Source: Octopus sinensis (lineage: Eukaryota). From it: a DNA stretch of 64,000 bases. Below are positions 48,547 to 63,400 of this stretch, in pieces. The translations under genes and the position numbers were made by a program. Where the stretch lies: the NCBI RefSeq assembly GCF_006345805.1, contig NC_043013.1:57598001-57662000 (forward strand). The letters are read 5' to 3'. The notes under the pieces were generated by a model. It did no database searches, was not told the DNA's origin, and saw only the letters and a list, made by a program, of their open reading frames with translations. The first letter of the stretch is position 1, and each line of letters opens with the position of its first letter.

Positions 48547-49979
48547 TACAAAGTTATATGGATGTATATATATCTGCATATGCACACGTGTGCGTATGTA
48601 TATACATATATGCACATATCCTTTTTATCTTATTTCGTAGTTCCTTTTACATGCATCAGTATACAAAATATATCTACATATTTTGAAATAATATTCTTTT
48701 CTTATATTGGAGATTTATATATAGGAATTACTTCTCGTAGTATTTTTATTATACTTATTTTTTCGCACCTATCACTCCATAATAATCAAAACACTTTTTC
48801 TTACATCCACTTTCACCACTACGTTATATAGTTAGAAAATTATTTATAAATATCACTACGGTTTTCTAACTCTTTTATCCATAACTAGATTCTCAATTCA
48901 TATTGTAATTCTTTACTAACTAACATAGTTAACATTAGAATATAGAAACGTGTATTTCTTCGAAAAATCTTTCTTCCGAATTTACCTTATTCAACTTCTC
49001 AAGAAAGAAAACTCTTTTATCAGCGTGCGTGATTTGTTTTTCAATATTTTTAACCACAGTAAGTAATTTTTCTTTCTTTTCTCCATTCTGTAATAATAAC
49101 AACTCTTCTTCTTTTTTTTAGTCCTTCCTCTTAAACGTATTTCACACAAACGTATATAATGCTTTTTCACGAATACTAAATCTCCCCTCTCCCCATTATA
49201 TTAACCTTATAATTACTTCCTCACAACCTTATTTTTTTGTCATTTGAATTTCAACTAACTTATATAAAATTATACTCTCTATTTGTATTTCTTATTCTAG
49301 GGATTTTTTAAAAACAATTCCTTTTTAATACACACCATAATTTATTTTCATTATTTCCATTGTATACCACTCATAATTGTCAAATCACATATAAATTTAA
49401 ATATAGTTATGCTGTCCCAATGGACGCTTATTTATTTGTACAAACACACACAATTATATAAATATATATATTACTTCTTATGATGAATGCTTTAAATGGA
49501 ATGTCTATCACTTACTTACTTACCTTCATATAGAGAGCATGTTTCACTTATATTTCCGCATTAGTTACAGTTCATACACAACTAGACTCAACACTACCTA
49601 AGTATGTTTCTATCTTTCATCTTTCATAATCACATTTTGAATATCCGAATATGTTATACGACGCTCACTGCATCTTGTCTTCTGTAGCAATATAATAGTC
49701 TTCTGATGTATTCTTTTAGATGTATTCTTCTTTCGCACTTAGGAAAACGGTAATATGTAATTAATTTAATTATAATTAAACTAATTTCTATTTTTTTCCA
49801 TATTTCTTACATATTAATATTATTGTTTGAAACGATCGTATGCATAGATTAAAATTTTATAAAACTTTTAGCATCTTCTCTTCTCCATCTTTAATTGTTT
49901 GTTGAATTTCTATAGGATACGTGTTCTATAAATGTTCATAACACACCTTATACTTATACACACGCACACACAAACACAC

Positions 49980-50028
<49 letters not shown>

Positions 50029-51535
50029 GCAATTAGAATGAATGCAGAGGTTAATACGTCAGTATGTTTTATATTTCTTTAGTCAATTTTACAGGACACT
50101 TGGCTTAGGTTTGTACGACGTACGATGGTGTTGCATAGAAAACTAGTAATTGCATCTACACCCATTTATTTTCTATTGGTTAGCATTCTATGCAACTTTA
50201 AGGTCTGTCAAAGGATGTGTGCTATCTAGTAGGCAATAACTTGACCTTAAGTACTTGCTGGCTTTCTAAGCAGCAGGAACGTACGTCAGATGAATTTAAA
50301 CAAAATATGATGTAAAATGGACTGTAGAAGAATAAATATGCATATGATTTAATCTTTGTATTAATTGTAAATATCTTGGATATTTGCCAGGTGAAATATT
50401 TATAATCCAGCGAAGCGAACCTAGGATTTATCCATCGGAGGAATTAGAGTGTTTGCTCCCCTTAAGCAATCCTAGGTACTCCATACAACTCTCTACCTGA
50501 ATACTCCTATGGTACCCGCCTGAATAATTTACCATCATATATATATATATATATATATATACGCAATTCAACTTCTACATATTTTATTGATTACCATATA
50601 CATGTAATTCATGAAAAAGAAAATTCAGTCTCAGAATGATTTGAACCTTCGACAAAGAAACTCATTACTAAATGAGGTATTGTTACAGAAACACTTTGTC
50701 ATCTCCTTCGATGTTCCACCCAACGCATACAATAAAATATTCACGAATAGAGAATCTATTTCTTAGATTATTATGCTACATACTGTGAATTAATAGCTAC
50801 AGGGATGATGGTGGTTCGGCGGTTGGGATAGCGGGGGGGTTGTAGTTAAATTGGCTACATTCTAAGACTTGAGGACTGCGTGGCCATTGAAATTAATCAA
50901 TTAAATACTAATGATACACTCATCAAGAATAATGCTTTCATGACAAATGTAGAATTCCTACATTAAGCAATAAGTTAATCAAAAGGCAACATCAATGTAT
51001 GATTTATTTACCTGCAACATTCAACGTTCTCACAAACGCAAATAGAGACACAAACACACAAACATTTTTCATAAAAGAGAAATGCTATGCATGCATTCGT
51101 GAGCAACTCATTCATGCATGCTCACATGTACAAATAGAATCATGCACCAAATAAAAAGAGGTATTCATGCATGAAGACGAACGTATGCCCGGATCTATAT
51201 ATTAATTATCTTTATATGATGTACTCTGCAGTTTTCTCCCTCTCTCACTTTCTTCCAATCGACACTTCAAACACGCATATAAACAGCACACAGTAGAGCA
51301 AACACGTATATATGGATATAATAAAACACACATTCACAGGTACAGGCACGCACACGCAAATACACACAGCAACTACATTAATACTACATCAAATAGTTGT
51401 TATATTAATGAAACATCATCTCAGATCAGAAATTCAAATTTGATTTCAAGAAATTTGCGTCTACGTTTCTTGCCAGCGTAAATTATATATCTATATATAT
51501 GCGCATGTGTGTTTGTTTATATACGTGTGTGCGTG

Positions 51536-51582
<47 letters not shown>

Positions 51583-51898
51583 GTTGAAGACTATGTATGT
51601 ATATGTGTGTGCGTGCATATATATGTATGACCACGTTTTCAATTAGTTCATAAAGACTGCTATGTGTCAAATGTATGCATATAAAAATGGATGAAATTAT
51701 AACACCACCCCAATGGCGTCGGGGCTGAGAGAAACAGGCAGAAAGATAGAGAGAGAAAGAAGGTATTTTGTTGATTAAAATGTACATTTATTATTATTAT
51801 TATTATTATTATTTATACTTTTGTTTTTGTTCTTATTGTTAATACGGCTGAACCGGTAATGTTTGTGAGTATATGTACATACATACATATACATATAT

Positions 51899-51949
<51 letters not shown>

Positions 51950-52961
51950 ATATATATACATATATATGTGTGTGTGTGTGTATTTTATTTGCCAACCGAC
52001 TATTTCTTTTTTCATTCCATCCCTGCTTTCAATAAATCACTTTTAATTTAACAATATGAAAACAGTGAAGCATTGTGGGAACAGAAACACTTTGTTGCAT
52101 AAATACATAGGGAATAATTAATTTTATCGATTATTTTCTTTAAGAGATAGCAACGACGACGACAACAACAACAACAACAGTAAGGAAAAAACAAAAACAA
52201 AATGAAACAACCGAAATAAAAAAAAGAATGGAAAAGAAAAAAATGTGTTAAAGAACTTGTAAAATTATTATTGCTAATGAAAATAATAATAACAAAAACA
52301 ACAAGTAATATTTAAATAGGAGAAGCAACAGAATAGAGACAAATATAAACAAATGAGAGAAATGTGAAAATAAACATAAAATACCAGTAAAAATTGACGT
52401 TATAATAAATTAGTAAAAAAAAACCATCGACGTCGGCGTCGGAGAAGAAAATATTAGCAATAGAAAATGAAATGAAGAGTTTTAATATGTCTACCAATTT
52501 ACATTATCGCATTTTTAGTGTTTTGTTTGTTCTAGCTACATGTGTATATGTATTATATAGCTACATGTGTTGTGTGTGTATAACGTGATACAACTATCTA
52601 TGAGTGTGTATATAATGTTCCATGGCTACTAGTGAGTGTGCATAGCTACTTGTGTGTGTGTTTATAATGATTTGGTAGATGAATATTGTATGAGTGTATA
52701 TATTCGTAGTGGGTGTATACTGTGGTTTTAATAGTGGCTTTTTGAATTTTATGTTTATGTCTGGTGTAGTGTGTAGGTATTTGCGGTTTATATGATGTGA
52801 AAAGTGTGACTGTCACATGGTGACTGTGTGTGTAGGAGGTAGGTGTAGTGTCAATTCTATGTATATATGCATATATAATTATATAAACACACACACACAC
52901 ACACCCACATATATATATATATGTACGTATGTATGCATGTATGTATATATGTACTGATATG

Positions 52962-52993
<32 letters not shown>

Positions 52994-55900
52994 CATATCT
53001 GTGTATATATGTTTATGTATAGATGTAAGGATAATGTGTGTGTGAGTGTAGGAATGAATGTATGACAGCATGTTTGTAGAGCAGGTAATTCGGCGCGTGT
53101 GGTTTGTGGAATGATTGCAATGCGATTTCGAGACTGAAGAAGTAAGTAGCCGGGCACAAGGATCATATCTCCCCAAAAGATTTTCCCACCCATTTAGATA
53201 TGCAGCTGGACTAAGCAATCAAATGAAAGGTCATACACCGAAAATCGTGAAGGCCATGAAGGAGGAGGCAGCTCGGAGAGAAGGCAATCCCCATGCATGT
53301 GTGTATGCATTTTTATTTTGTTAAGTCCCTGCGCAGCCATAATAGAGTAGGACAACAATCCAGACATTCCTGGTGGAGGCCATCCAGTGTGTGTGTGAGA
53401 GAACAGAAGAGAATAACTCGAGGATGTTCCACTGTGATTTCTATTAAGTTCAATGGCTCCATAGAGGCTTCCCCGTTTGTGCTAGTATACCGAAGTGAGG
53501 TTGCGTATGTATTGGTGTATATGTATGGATATATTTGGTGTGTGTTTATCCCTTTTCTGTGTATCCAGTGGGTGTATATGGTGTATATATTTATGTGCGC
53601 TGTGTGTATCTGCTGTGTGTATGTTTAATTTTATGTTAATTTTTCAAATAATAATCCATTGAATATCAATGGCAACAGCAGCACCACCACTACCATTACC
53701 GACAGCGCCACCGCCATCAATGAAATTCCTATTACACGGTTGGATTGTTTTTATCTGTGAACTGATTATTCACGCTTCAATGAATTGCTAAAACGACAAC
53801 AGCAGCAGCAACAAACACAAATCAGCGTTAATTCCTAACATAGGATTCAATATTGCTCTATTACAGGTTAGAATTGATAGAAAAAAATACAAATAAATTA
53901 ATAATCGAAAAATAAGACGGTGAATTGGCCGAGTTGTTTGAAAGGATACCTTGTGGTAATAATGCAGGGTCCCGTGAGTCCATTTTACTTTTTGTTCTAT
54001 GGAAGTTATCGAATGAAGTAGAAGGCAAGAACAGTGGACTGTTATGACACTGGATCGCAAGTGTTGTTCCGAGTATTTGTGATCTGGGTTCAAATTCTAA
54101 TTCCTCTCACTAGCTTCTTTATAATGGAACAATATGTCTTCGTGTCCCCAAAAACGGCGATGAGGTTTTACTATTATACGGAGCGTGCATTAATTGCAGT
54201 AATATAACAATTACATCTCTATGCACTGATGAAGAAAATGCACCATGTGAGATAAATACTTAACATAAAAAGGAAAATCTTCCACTATGAGGTACAAGTT
54301 TTTCATTTTACCTCATTCTAACGTTCCCAGTTCAAGTCCCGATGGTGTTAAATTTATCCTTCATCATCTCGTAATCGATAAAGTTAAGTACCACTCAAAT
54401 TCTGGGACATTTAATACAATATGTTCTCCTTCCCAGATTTCTGCCAGAAACTATTATTATGTTTCATTAAATTCTATTCTACCAATTCTATTGAAGCTTA
54501 TTTTTATTGACAGTCTTTTGTAATAGAAGAAATAGAAACCATCCTTATAATGCTAGTCAAGGATGGACATGAAGCATTTGAAAAGCACCAAGCGAAAAAG
54601 ACTTTTGTATAGCGTTGCATCCTAACTGGAAGAGCATTGAGGGGAAGTTTAACTTAATTATTCATTGTCGAATTAAGTAACTACCAGTGACATACGAGGG
54701 GGTGTCTATTCAGTTTATTATACTACTCCTCACCCTTATCAACTACAGAGCTTCTGGCAATGTCGCCCATCAATAATCAAGCAAAAATTTGTGTAAATTA
54801 CATAGGCTTTTGCTTTTTTATCTCAACGTAAGAAATCATTTTAAAGGAAAGCGATACATTTTCACAAAGTGCAAAGTTTCTTAATTTTAATTTTACGTTT
54901 TCTTTTTGTGCATGTGAGTATCCAAGTACGGAGATCGATTCCTGTCGTGGTTGACTTTTCCAAGTTATCAATAAATTAAAAACCAATGAATGAATGAATT
55001 CATCACAGTTCACTTGTTTCAATAATCCCCGAATTGGCTGTGTGTATAATCTAAAACTTATCATCAGCAGCAGTGGTCTTCAATATATCAATCCTGTTAG
55101 ATCCTGGAGTAAACTCCATTGTAGGCACGTGACGAAAGCTAAGAAAATAATGTTCAGACCAATACAACGGATTATAGACCAGGATTTCAAATCTACAGCA
55201 ATTATTTTATTCTTCTCAGTGAACTTTAAATCAACTTGGCAATCAGAGGTATTAGAACCAGTTCACACACAAATATTATTTTTAGTGTAGTGAAAATGAT
55301 TTTCTTGGTTTGTTCCACAACAGACTCTGTAACAACATCTATTGACGTAAGAGGTTTCATTGCGGATCCTTCCTTTGATCAATTCTGCTTCTTCATAGCT
55401 TATCAAAACCTTTGCAGTGATGGCAATACCACTTTGACCTTAGGCAAAATATATCTAGGATTCAATTACCTAATGTGCTCCGTCGATTATTTTAACAGTG
55501 TGGTGCGAACTTAGGGAATTGTGTGGTTTTTCTTAAACTTAGCCCATCGTATAGTGTTAACATGGTCGGTTGGTTTTGTCTTCACTGTTTTAAACCTGAA
55601 ATATGTGGTTTTGGTGTGGATTTAGCTTCGATTTCTAGCAGATGGTGCATCCATACAAATATTATCTTTATCACATATCTCTCATGCAGCTCAATTCTGG
55701 CGCCAAACGTTACTCTGGAGGATTGGAAAAGTTTACTTCTTTAATTTTTCTGATATGGACATACGCATGCACACGCTCGCACAGTCACACACATTCGAAC
55801 ACATACAAACGCGCGCGCGCGCACACACATACACACACATGCACACACATACACACACTAAGGTATTCATTTTGTAAAATCATTTGTCTCATCCTATATT

Positions 55901-57023
55901 TTATTCACTCTTGCTACGACTCAGCGATTATGTGTTGATGTCTTACTGCATTTTCTAAGTACATATGAAGCCTTAGACATTTAGGAGGAAGAAGAAATAA
56001 AGATGATATGATTTATGGCATTCTCTAGATCATTACCAGAATAAATGAACTGAGAATCGAAGTTAGATCTCACAATCTGATTGCTCGAAGCTTACCTTGC
56101 ATAGGCTGTAGAACTCGCTAATATATATTAAAAAAATAAAAAAAATTCTCAGTTCTCGATTTCTTCCTGGTTTCACATTATTACTTATATTATTTCGTTT
56201 ATATTTCATTCACGTGATAAACTTATCGTTACAATCATTTTTCCTTCAACATCTCAAGCACTAAGCTGCTTATTAGATATGATTTACTGAAATAGATGTT
56301 GCTTTTGTTTTGTTTTTGTTGTTGTTTTTTTCCCCCTTTTCGTATTTCTTCTATTCACGCTTCCATATAAATATATCCATGCGATATGAATATATTTCAT
56401 CTCCCCTTTGAAATTCTTCAATGATTAATGTATACATTTAATACTTTTCTTTCTGCCTTCAAATGTGTTTTATCTTACAATTATGGTACACAAGTTTGCA
56501 GTTGATTTGTATTTTGTTTGCTCATTCGGTTGAGCTACGCTAGATCAGTAAGAAACTAAGATACTTCGTAAGACATCCTGGTAGAATCTCCGTCTTTTTC
56601 GACGATGAATATTCAGTCCTCCGACCAAGTGTATTACAAGAGAGGAAATAAAAGTATAAGCGGTTGTGTATACGCCAGGTACAGGTACATTTAATGTAAT
56701 TCTCAAACGAAATCGACATGATATATAGTGGCATAGATGGAACTTCGAATTAGAGGCAAAATCTAAAGAGGGAGAGAAGAAGAGGGTGGGATATAATGCA
56801 GAGAGAGAGAGAGACGAAGAGATAGGGACGAAGAGAGAGAGAGAGAGAGAGGAATGAAGCGACGTCTATAGGATGATAGATAAACTGACTACGACTGAAA
56901 ATGAAATCGATCTGAAATAATTAAAGCAAGGGGTTTAATCAAATATTCTAATGATTCTGGCATTTAACTGTCCAACAAAATATATCAATGATTTCGTCTT
57001 CCTCCACCACCGCAAAGACACAA

Positions 57024-57225
57024 TACTGTAGGCACAAGGCAAGATATTTCGAAGGGAGAGACTAGTCAATTGTATCGACCCGTGTGCTTAGTTGTTACGT
57101 ATTTTATCGACCTCGGTAGGTTGAAAAGCAAAGTCTACCTTGCCGGAATTTGAACTCAGTGCGTATAGACAGAAGAAATTACGCTAAGCATTTTTACCGG
57201 TGTGCTAACTATTCTGGCTGCTCAT
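57024..57225 (-). mobile_element. Family B SINE
   Basis: TTTTATCGACCTCGG…AAAGCAAAGTCTACC…GGAATTTGAACTCAG…GCTAAGCATTTTTACCGGTGTGCTAAC. Confidence 0.8.
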
Positions 57226-57231
57226 CACAAT

Positions 57232-57351
57232 AATATTAATAATAATAATAATAATAATAATTATCATTATCATTATTATTATGATTATTATTATTATTAT
57301 CATCATCATCATTATTATTATTATGATCATTATTATTATTATTATTATTAT
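57232..57351. repeat. Compound (AAT)n/(TAT,CAT)n trinucleotide array
   Basis: Directly visible. Confidence 0.92.
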
Positions 57352-57459
57352 AAAATACATCGGAACAAAAACATCACACAACCAAATAATTTGATCAAGG
57401 CAGTAAGTATTGATGTACAGAAAATGTGGGTATATAGAGAAATATAATAGGAGTGACAA

Positions 57460-59090
57460 AAGTAGAATGCAAGTGGGGTTAGACATGCTCTGGAATGCCA
57501 TTTCTGTGTTAGACTGAAAAAAGAAAGGGGAGCTTAAAAGCGAACAGCAATACAGGGCAGTGAACCGGAAGTATAATATTGAAAGAAAGGGTCTGAAAAT
57601 GGTAATGGCTGAACTGAAACAACGCCTCGTTGCAAAGAAAGCAAAGATGGCAGGATAAGACCAAAGAACGAAAGGTTACCAGCAGAATATGTTATTCAGA
57701 GTAGATTAGAAGAGATTCTACAAGGAAATAAATGGAGAGTGTACAGAAGAAAAGTTAATGCCAGATAAAAATGAAAGGCAAAAGTTTTGGATTGACATCT
57801 GGAGTAAAGACAAGGTGCACAAGACGGATGCTGAATGGTTGAAGGGACAAAGAAATAGTAGCTTGTCCAAAACAGGCAGAACTAGTCATTTCAGTGAAGG
57901 AAATCAGCAAAAATGGGCATGTGGAAGGCCCTGGGACCAGTTGGAGTTCAAGGCTACTGGATTAAAAGATTTGGTGAATGCCATGCACAAATAGCTGCAC
58001 AACTCAATTGCCGACCAAGTAACACCGGAGTGGTTGACAATGGGTTGACATCGAAAAAGGCAATACGGTCCACAATTACAGGTCGATATCCTACTTGCTA
58101 CTTATGTGGAAATTATTGACCGGAATAGTTGCAGAGTCAATGTACGGACATCAGGAAACAAATGTCCTGGCAGAAGGGTTGCAAGCCTAAGTGCAGAGGA
58201 ACGAAGGATCAAATCCTGGTAGGCAAAACTGTATTTAGAGGAAGAAAACTAACTTAGCCATGTCATGGATCAATTATTGTAAGGCGTACGATATGATCCT
58301 ACATTCTTGGATTATGGAATGTATGAACCTACTTGGCATTGCATCGAATGTTGACCGATTGCTTGGAAAAAGTATGGCGAAGTGGAGGACCTAACTGACA
58401 GCATATGAAAGGAGTTTAGGAACGATAGAAATCAGGAGAGGCATCTTCCAAGGGGACTGCCTGTCCCCACTGATCTTTGTACTGTGCTTGATACCACTAA
58501 CACTGATTCTGATGGGTGGGTGTGTATTCAAAAGCCGCCAACAAAATGTCAACCATTTGGAAAACCTCAAACTTTATGATAAAGATGAATCCCAAGTTAG
58601 TTCCCTCGTTGATACAATGTATACTTTCACTGCTGATATCAGAATGGAGTTCGGATTGAAAATGTGTGGTGTGTTAGTCTTCGAGAGAGGCAAAATTAAA
58701 TGTATGGACGGGTAGCGATACCATCGGGGGAGGTTATGAAGTGAATAGAAGAGACGGGCTATAAGTATTTGGAGATATTAGAAATGGATAAATTGATCGA
58801 GAAAGAAATGATACAAAAATTTAAGGTGGAGTACTTGCGCAGACTGAGACTGATCCTTAAGGCGAAGTTAAACGGATGGAATAAGATTGAAACACCTGGG
58901 CGGTTTCATTCCTTAGATATGGAGCAAGGGTAATCGTATGGGCAGTAGACAAACTAAACAGCTTAGACAGAAAGACAAGGAAGTTGCTGACTACATATGG
59001 GACACTCCACCCAAAAGGTGACACAGACAGACTATGTACCAAGAAAAAGAGGAGAAGACGAGAAGACTGATTGGATGCGAAGGACAGCCC
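57460..59090 (+). pseudogene. R4/Dong-clade-like non-LTR retrotransposon RT relic (fragment A)
   Basis: KYNIERKGLKMVMAELKQRL…FWIDIWSKD…AEWLK; WKLLTGI; KAYDMIPHSWI; IRRGIFQGDCLSPLIF; MEFGLK.CGVL; YKYLEILE; SLDRKTRKLLT.YGTLHPK.D.DRL. Many frameshifts. Confidence 0.82.
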
Positions 59091-59095
59091 TGGCC

Positions 59096-59422
59096 CACAA
59101 AGACAAAGAAAAGAAGGAAGTCAACAATTATGGACCTATTGCTTGCCTAATGCTAATCTGGAAACTATTAACTGGCCTTATAGTAAATGAAGTTTATAAT
59201 TTTGTGGAAAAAGCGAATATATTGTCAGAGAAAGAAGAAGGCTGAGGATGATGAACTGCCGTATGTCGAAAAGTAGAATAGAAATGAGGTAGGAGTAAAG
59301 AAGAAGAATTTAGCTGTTGGATCGATGGATCAGGGGAAAGCTTACGACAGTGTCTTACACAGCTCTTGGAGTGCCTGACGACGCTCGGAGTCAAGAAGAC
59401 GATAACTTTACGGAAATAACAA

Positions 59423-59462
<40 letters not shown>

Positions 59463-60414
59463 AAATAGATATAATATGTGCAAATCTGTTGCTAAATAAC
59501 ATGAAAATACGCAGGAGCATTTTGCAGTGAGATTCGTTCTTCCCATTACTCTTTGTCATTGCGCTAATCCCTCTGACAAGTAGACTGAAAATACAGACCT
59601 GCCTATGGGTTTACTAAATCCAAGATAACAATAGATCACCTACTTGATATGGATAACCTTAAGCCATATATTTAAAATGAGACAAATATAGATTTTTTTA
59701 TCTAAACAGTAAGATGATGCAATAAGGATACTGGAATGCAGTTTGGAGTAAATAAACATGAAGAGAGGCAGGAAGGTAAACTCTCATGGCATAAAATTGC
59801 CACAAGACTTCATTAGATTGCTGTGAAATGATGAGGGATACAAATATCTAGGAATGCTGCAAGACGATAGGATAATGAAAAGAGAAATGAGGAAGTCACT
59901 AATGTGTACAAGAGAATTAGGAAGGTGCTCGAAACAAAATAAATGGTGGTGAAGAGCATCATTCTAGTCATAACTAAATGGTCTATGGCAGTATCGGAAT
60001 ACTCCGTTCTTTTTTGAAATGGACAAAGCAGAGCTACAGGACTTGGATAGAAAAAGGAGAAAGCTGCTCACAATGCACAACGCACTCCTCCGTGAAAACA
60101 TAGAAGACACTGTTAATGCCATGATATTGGATCTGAAGAGGAATAAAAGAATACTATCGGCAGCCAGTGATACTCAAAGAATGGCCGAAACAGTAGCAGA
60201 ATTCAAAAAGAAGCTGAAGGAAAACAGAAGAAACAAATGGAAAGAAATCGAACTATATGACCAATTCATACAACAAACAAAGAATGCTGGAAGTATAGAA
60301 CGCTGTCTCTGGCTGACGGATGGGAACCTGAAGCAAGAGACAGAAACGCCTATTACAATCGCGCAGGAAGAAGCCCCTAAAACCAATATGATAAATGCAA
60401 AGATAACATTTTAA
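59096..60414 (+). pseudogene. Second, more decayed R4/Dong-like RT relic (fragment B) in tandem with A
   Basis: Restarts at KDKEKKEVNNYGPIACLMLIWKLLTG and continues with YKYLGML, ELQDLDRKRRKLLTMHNAL and WLTDGNLKQETETPITIAQEEAPKTN. A (GA)n insertion lies at ~59426-59458. Confidence 0.78.
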
Positions 60415-63400
60415 AGGTCAACAAGGCAAACTGCTATCAAGGATTGATCCCCCCTAAAAAGACGCTGTCACGTGCCGAGGAATATACTAAGAAGGAATGA
60501 TGGGTTTTCTCTCCTGAGGAGAGTTTAGCTTCGTTGATAGAAGTCATCTCTTTCTGAAATGAAATTAATTTCTCTGCTTTTCCGAAAACCAGCAAAACAA
60601 TAGAATAAGCCAGCTCTGTCTAAACGAAGCACTAATCATTCACAACATGGAACAGATTGTAAAGGAAAAACTTGATAAAGAACATCAACTGATATATTAC
60701 CACGACTATATGTATCTTTCAAATTCATTGACAGCAAGTTATAGGGCTTCCTTTACACACACAGTCTGTGGAAATAGAGCCCTTGGAAGATATAGGACCG
60801 TGCAGCTTTTAACAATACATTACGAAATTGTTGGGGTTGTTGAAAGTAAATTGTTTTCAGGGTAAGTTTTATTATAGTTTGCAAAGTACATCGGATCATA
60901 ATTTGATCAGCTACTATAACACCACCTTTCTAAGTCACCCGGCAATATTCAGTACCCAACAATGCCATTTTTGTTTAAGGAAATCGGTTCATTTTCTGAG
61001 ATCCATTTACTCAGTTCACCTTCTCAATTTCACCTTGATGGAGTCCAATGCTGTTATGATAATTGGGATTATCTGGAACTTGGTAGGTGATATTGATCTC
61101 ATCTGTATAACTTAGATCTTCAAGTTACTATAGATTTTTATTTTATATTTCTTCAATCGTTATGTTTTTTTATTTTTCTGGAATGGTTACATCAAGAACC
61201 TTCCATTCCAAATGTCATGTATTGAGCAGTGAAAACAGAAACAGACATTAAGTTGCCTCCTTTTACATTTCTCTTTAGCTGGAATTTTGAACGCTCTGAG
61301 TATGTTCTCAGGATTAATTTCTCATGGATGGCAATACTCTCAGTCGCCGTCGGTAAGAAGGCCAATAGCAACGATGATAATCCAGAAGCCAACTCCGACC
61401 TCATTATACTCCAGTCGGCACAGAACTCTTCGTGGTGGAGGAGGGTAGAAGGCCCGAGCATTAAATGTGTTGTGGCAACTGCCATCTAACAATTACCCGC
61501 TCAAACCCAATAAAGAAGGCAAAGACAGCAGTAGACGCCTAACGAAAGAATAACAACAGCATCAAAAAGGCCAACAGACACAATAAGAACAACACAGAAA
61601 TTATTTCGACAGTGGCAACACAAAACAAAAACAATGACAATTAAAAAGGAAACCGGAACGAACGCCACAAACAAAGAGAAATTGCAGCAGCAATGAAGGG
61701 AAAGAAAGCTACAAGGTGCATCTCTTAAATTATTCAGCAATTAAGAAAATAATGACATGGTGGAATATTTAAACAAGCATCCCAACCATGAACGGGACAA
61801 TAACCCAGTATACTAATACAAGTACTCTTATTAGACACTATTGATGCGATATATTGCAATCACAAAACATTAAAGACTATACGAATGACTGGAGGAAGTT
61901 GAAAGTTTCGAACGAGAAGAGATTTTTAATAGAAGGGGATACTGTGTTGTTTGTTTGCATAATTGTGAACTCCTGGTAGGATTTTTGTTGTCGCGTTTTG
62001 ACTATTTTCCTTCTTTAGCAACACAAGGCTAGGAATTAAAAATACCACCATTTCTAATCTCTTCCACATTTTCCTTGTCTGTACTTAAAGATCGTTGCAT
62101 TATTGATATACTTTTTACTCAATTCGTATATTAACTTCATTCACAATGATTCCAGACGTCAGCAACATAAAACTGAACTCTAAACTCAGAAAGACATAAC
62201 AACGTTATGAAATCTAAGATTATAATCTTGTAATATTCGGAGATAATACAGCGTAATTTGAGGGCGATTTCTCTGCGACTGCCTCCTGAACTTGTTTCTA
62301 AAATACACTCACGGGATTCCATAGAAATAAACCTATTATACACCCGTTATACAAATATAAATGTGATTTATTTACTCCTATGAGATGGAACTGATTTTGT
62401 GTAGTGACAACGCAATATTCTCAGACGCTGTGTAAGTTGTTGTCATAGAACAAAAAAATTTCAGCATTCTTTTTATAATTCCTTCCTTCCATAAATTTTC
62501 ACATTAAAGATATTTTGTAAAGAGTGTGTTTGTTTGGAATTATTTTTGAAAATTTATTAAAAAATACAGAAGAAAATCTATCTAAAACATCGTCATAGTT
62601 TGAATTGAGAAGTTTCCTTTGAACAATAATTTTTTTTTAATACGATAAAGAAATCCATGAATATTCTAAATGATAAAGTGTAGCTACGATAACCTTTTCA
62701 AAAATCTATTTCTAAAAGTAGCACCAAAATATTAAATTCTGAGATTGTTTTGAAATAAAGTAGAAGTTATCTCACTTGTAGTTCAAAAAATCCTCAATAA
62801 TATCTGATATAGGTTTGTTATTAGTTTGTTCGGCTTTCATGTCTGAATGCTACTAAATTATTGCGAAAGGATGGGGGACTGTGTCCTTTCTTTGTGTGAA
62901 AGGAGTTGAGAATAATGTGTAGAGAAAGACAGACATAAATGTGTGTGTATGTGTGTGTGTAAGGAGATACACATAGACAGAAAGAGAGAGTGAGCAATAT
63001 ATAGTGAGACATGCAGAGAGACAGAGAGGGAAAGCGAGCGGTAGGGTTGAAGATTGGCAGTGGGGGATGGAAACGTAGAAAGATTCAATGATTTTAATGC
63101 ATCAGTTGGCAACAAGTAAAAATGATAAAAATAAAAATGATGTCGTAATGATATTTACAATAAACACGAGGAGAATGTGCTAGAAAAGAAGTGAGAACTG
63201 ATTTTATTTTCAAATAAGATTGTCAGAGAGGAGACACTGTATGGATTTTGAGGCCACCCTGATGCTATTAATACTGTTGAAGTTCAATGTGATTATTGAA
63301 GTGATTGCAGTGGATGATTCAGCGTGATGATTGCATGTAGGGGGCGCTTTAAAGTAGGCAAACGACGGCCTGAGGTGGTGGTCATATAAAGTTGCATAAG

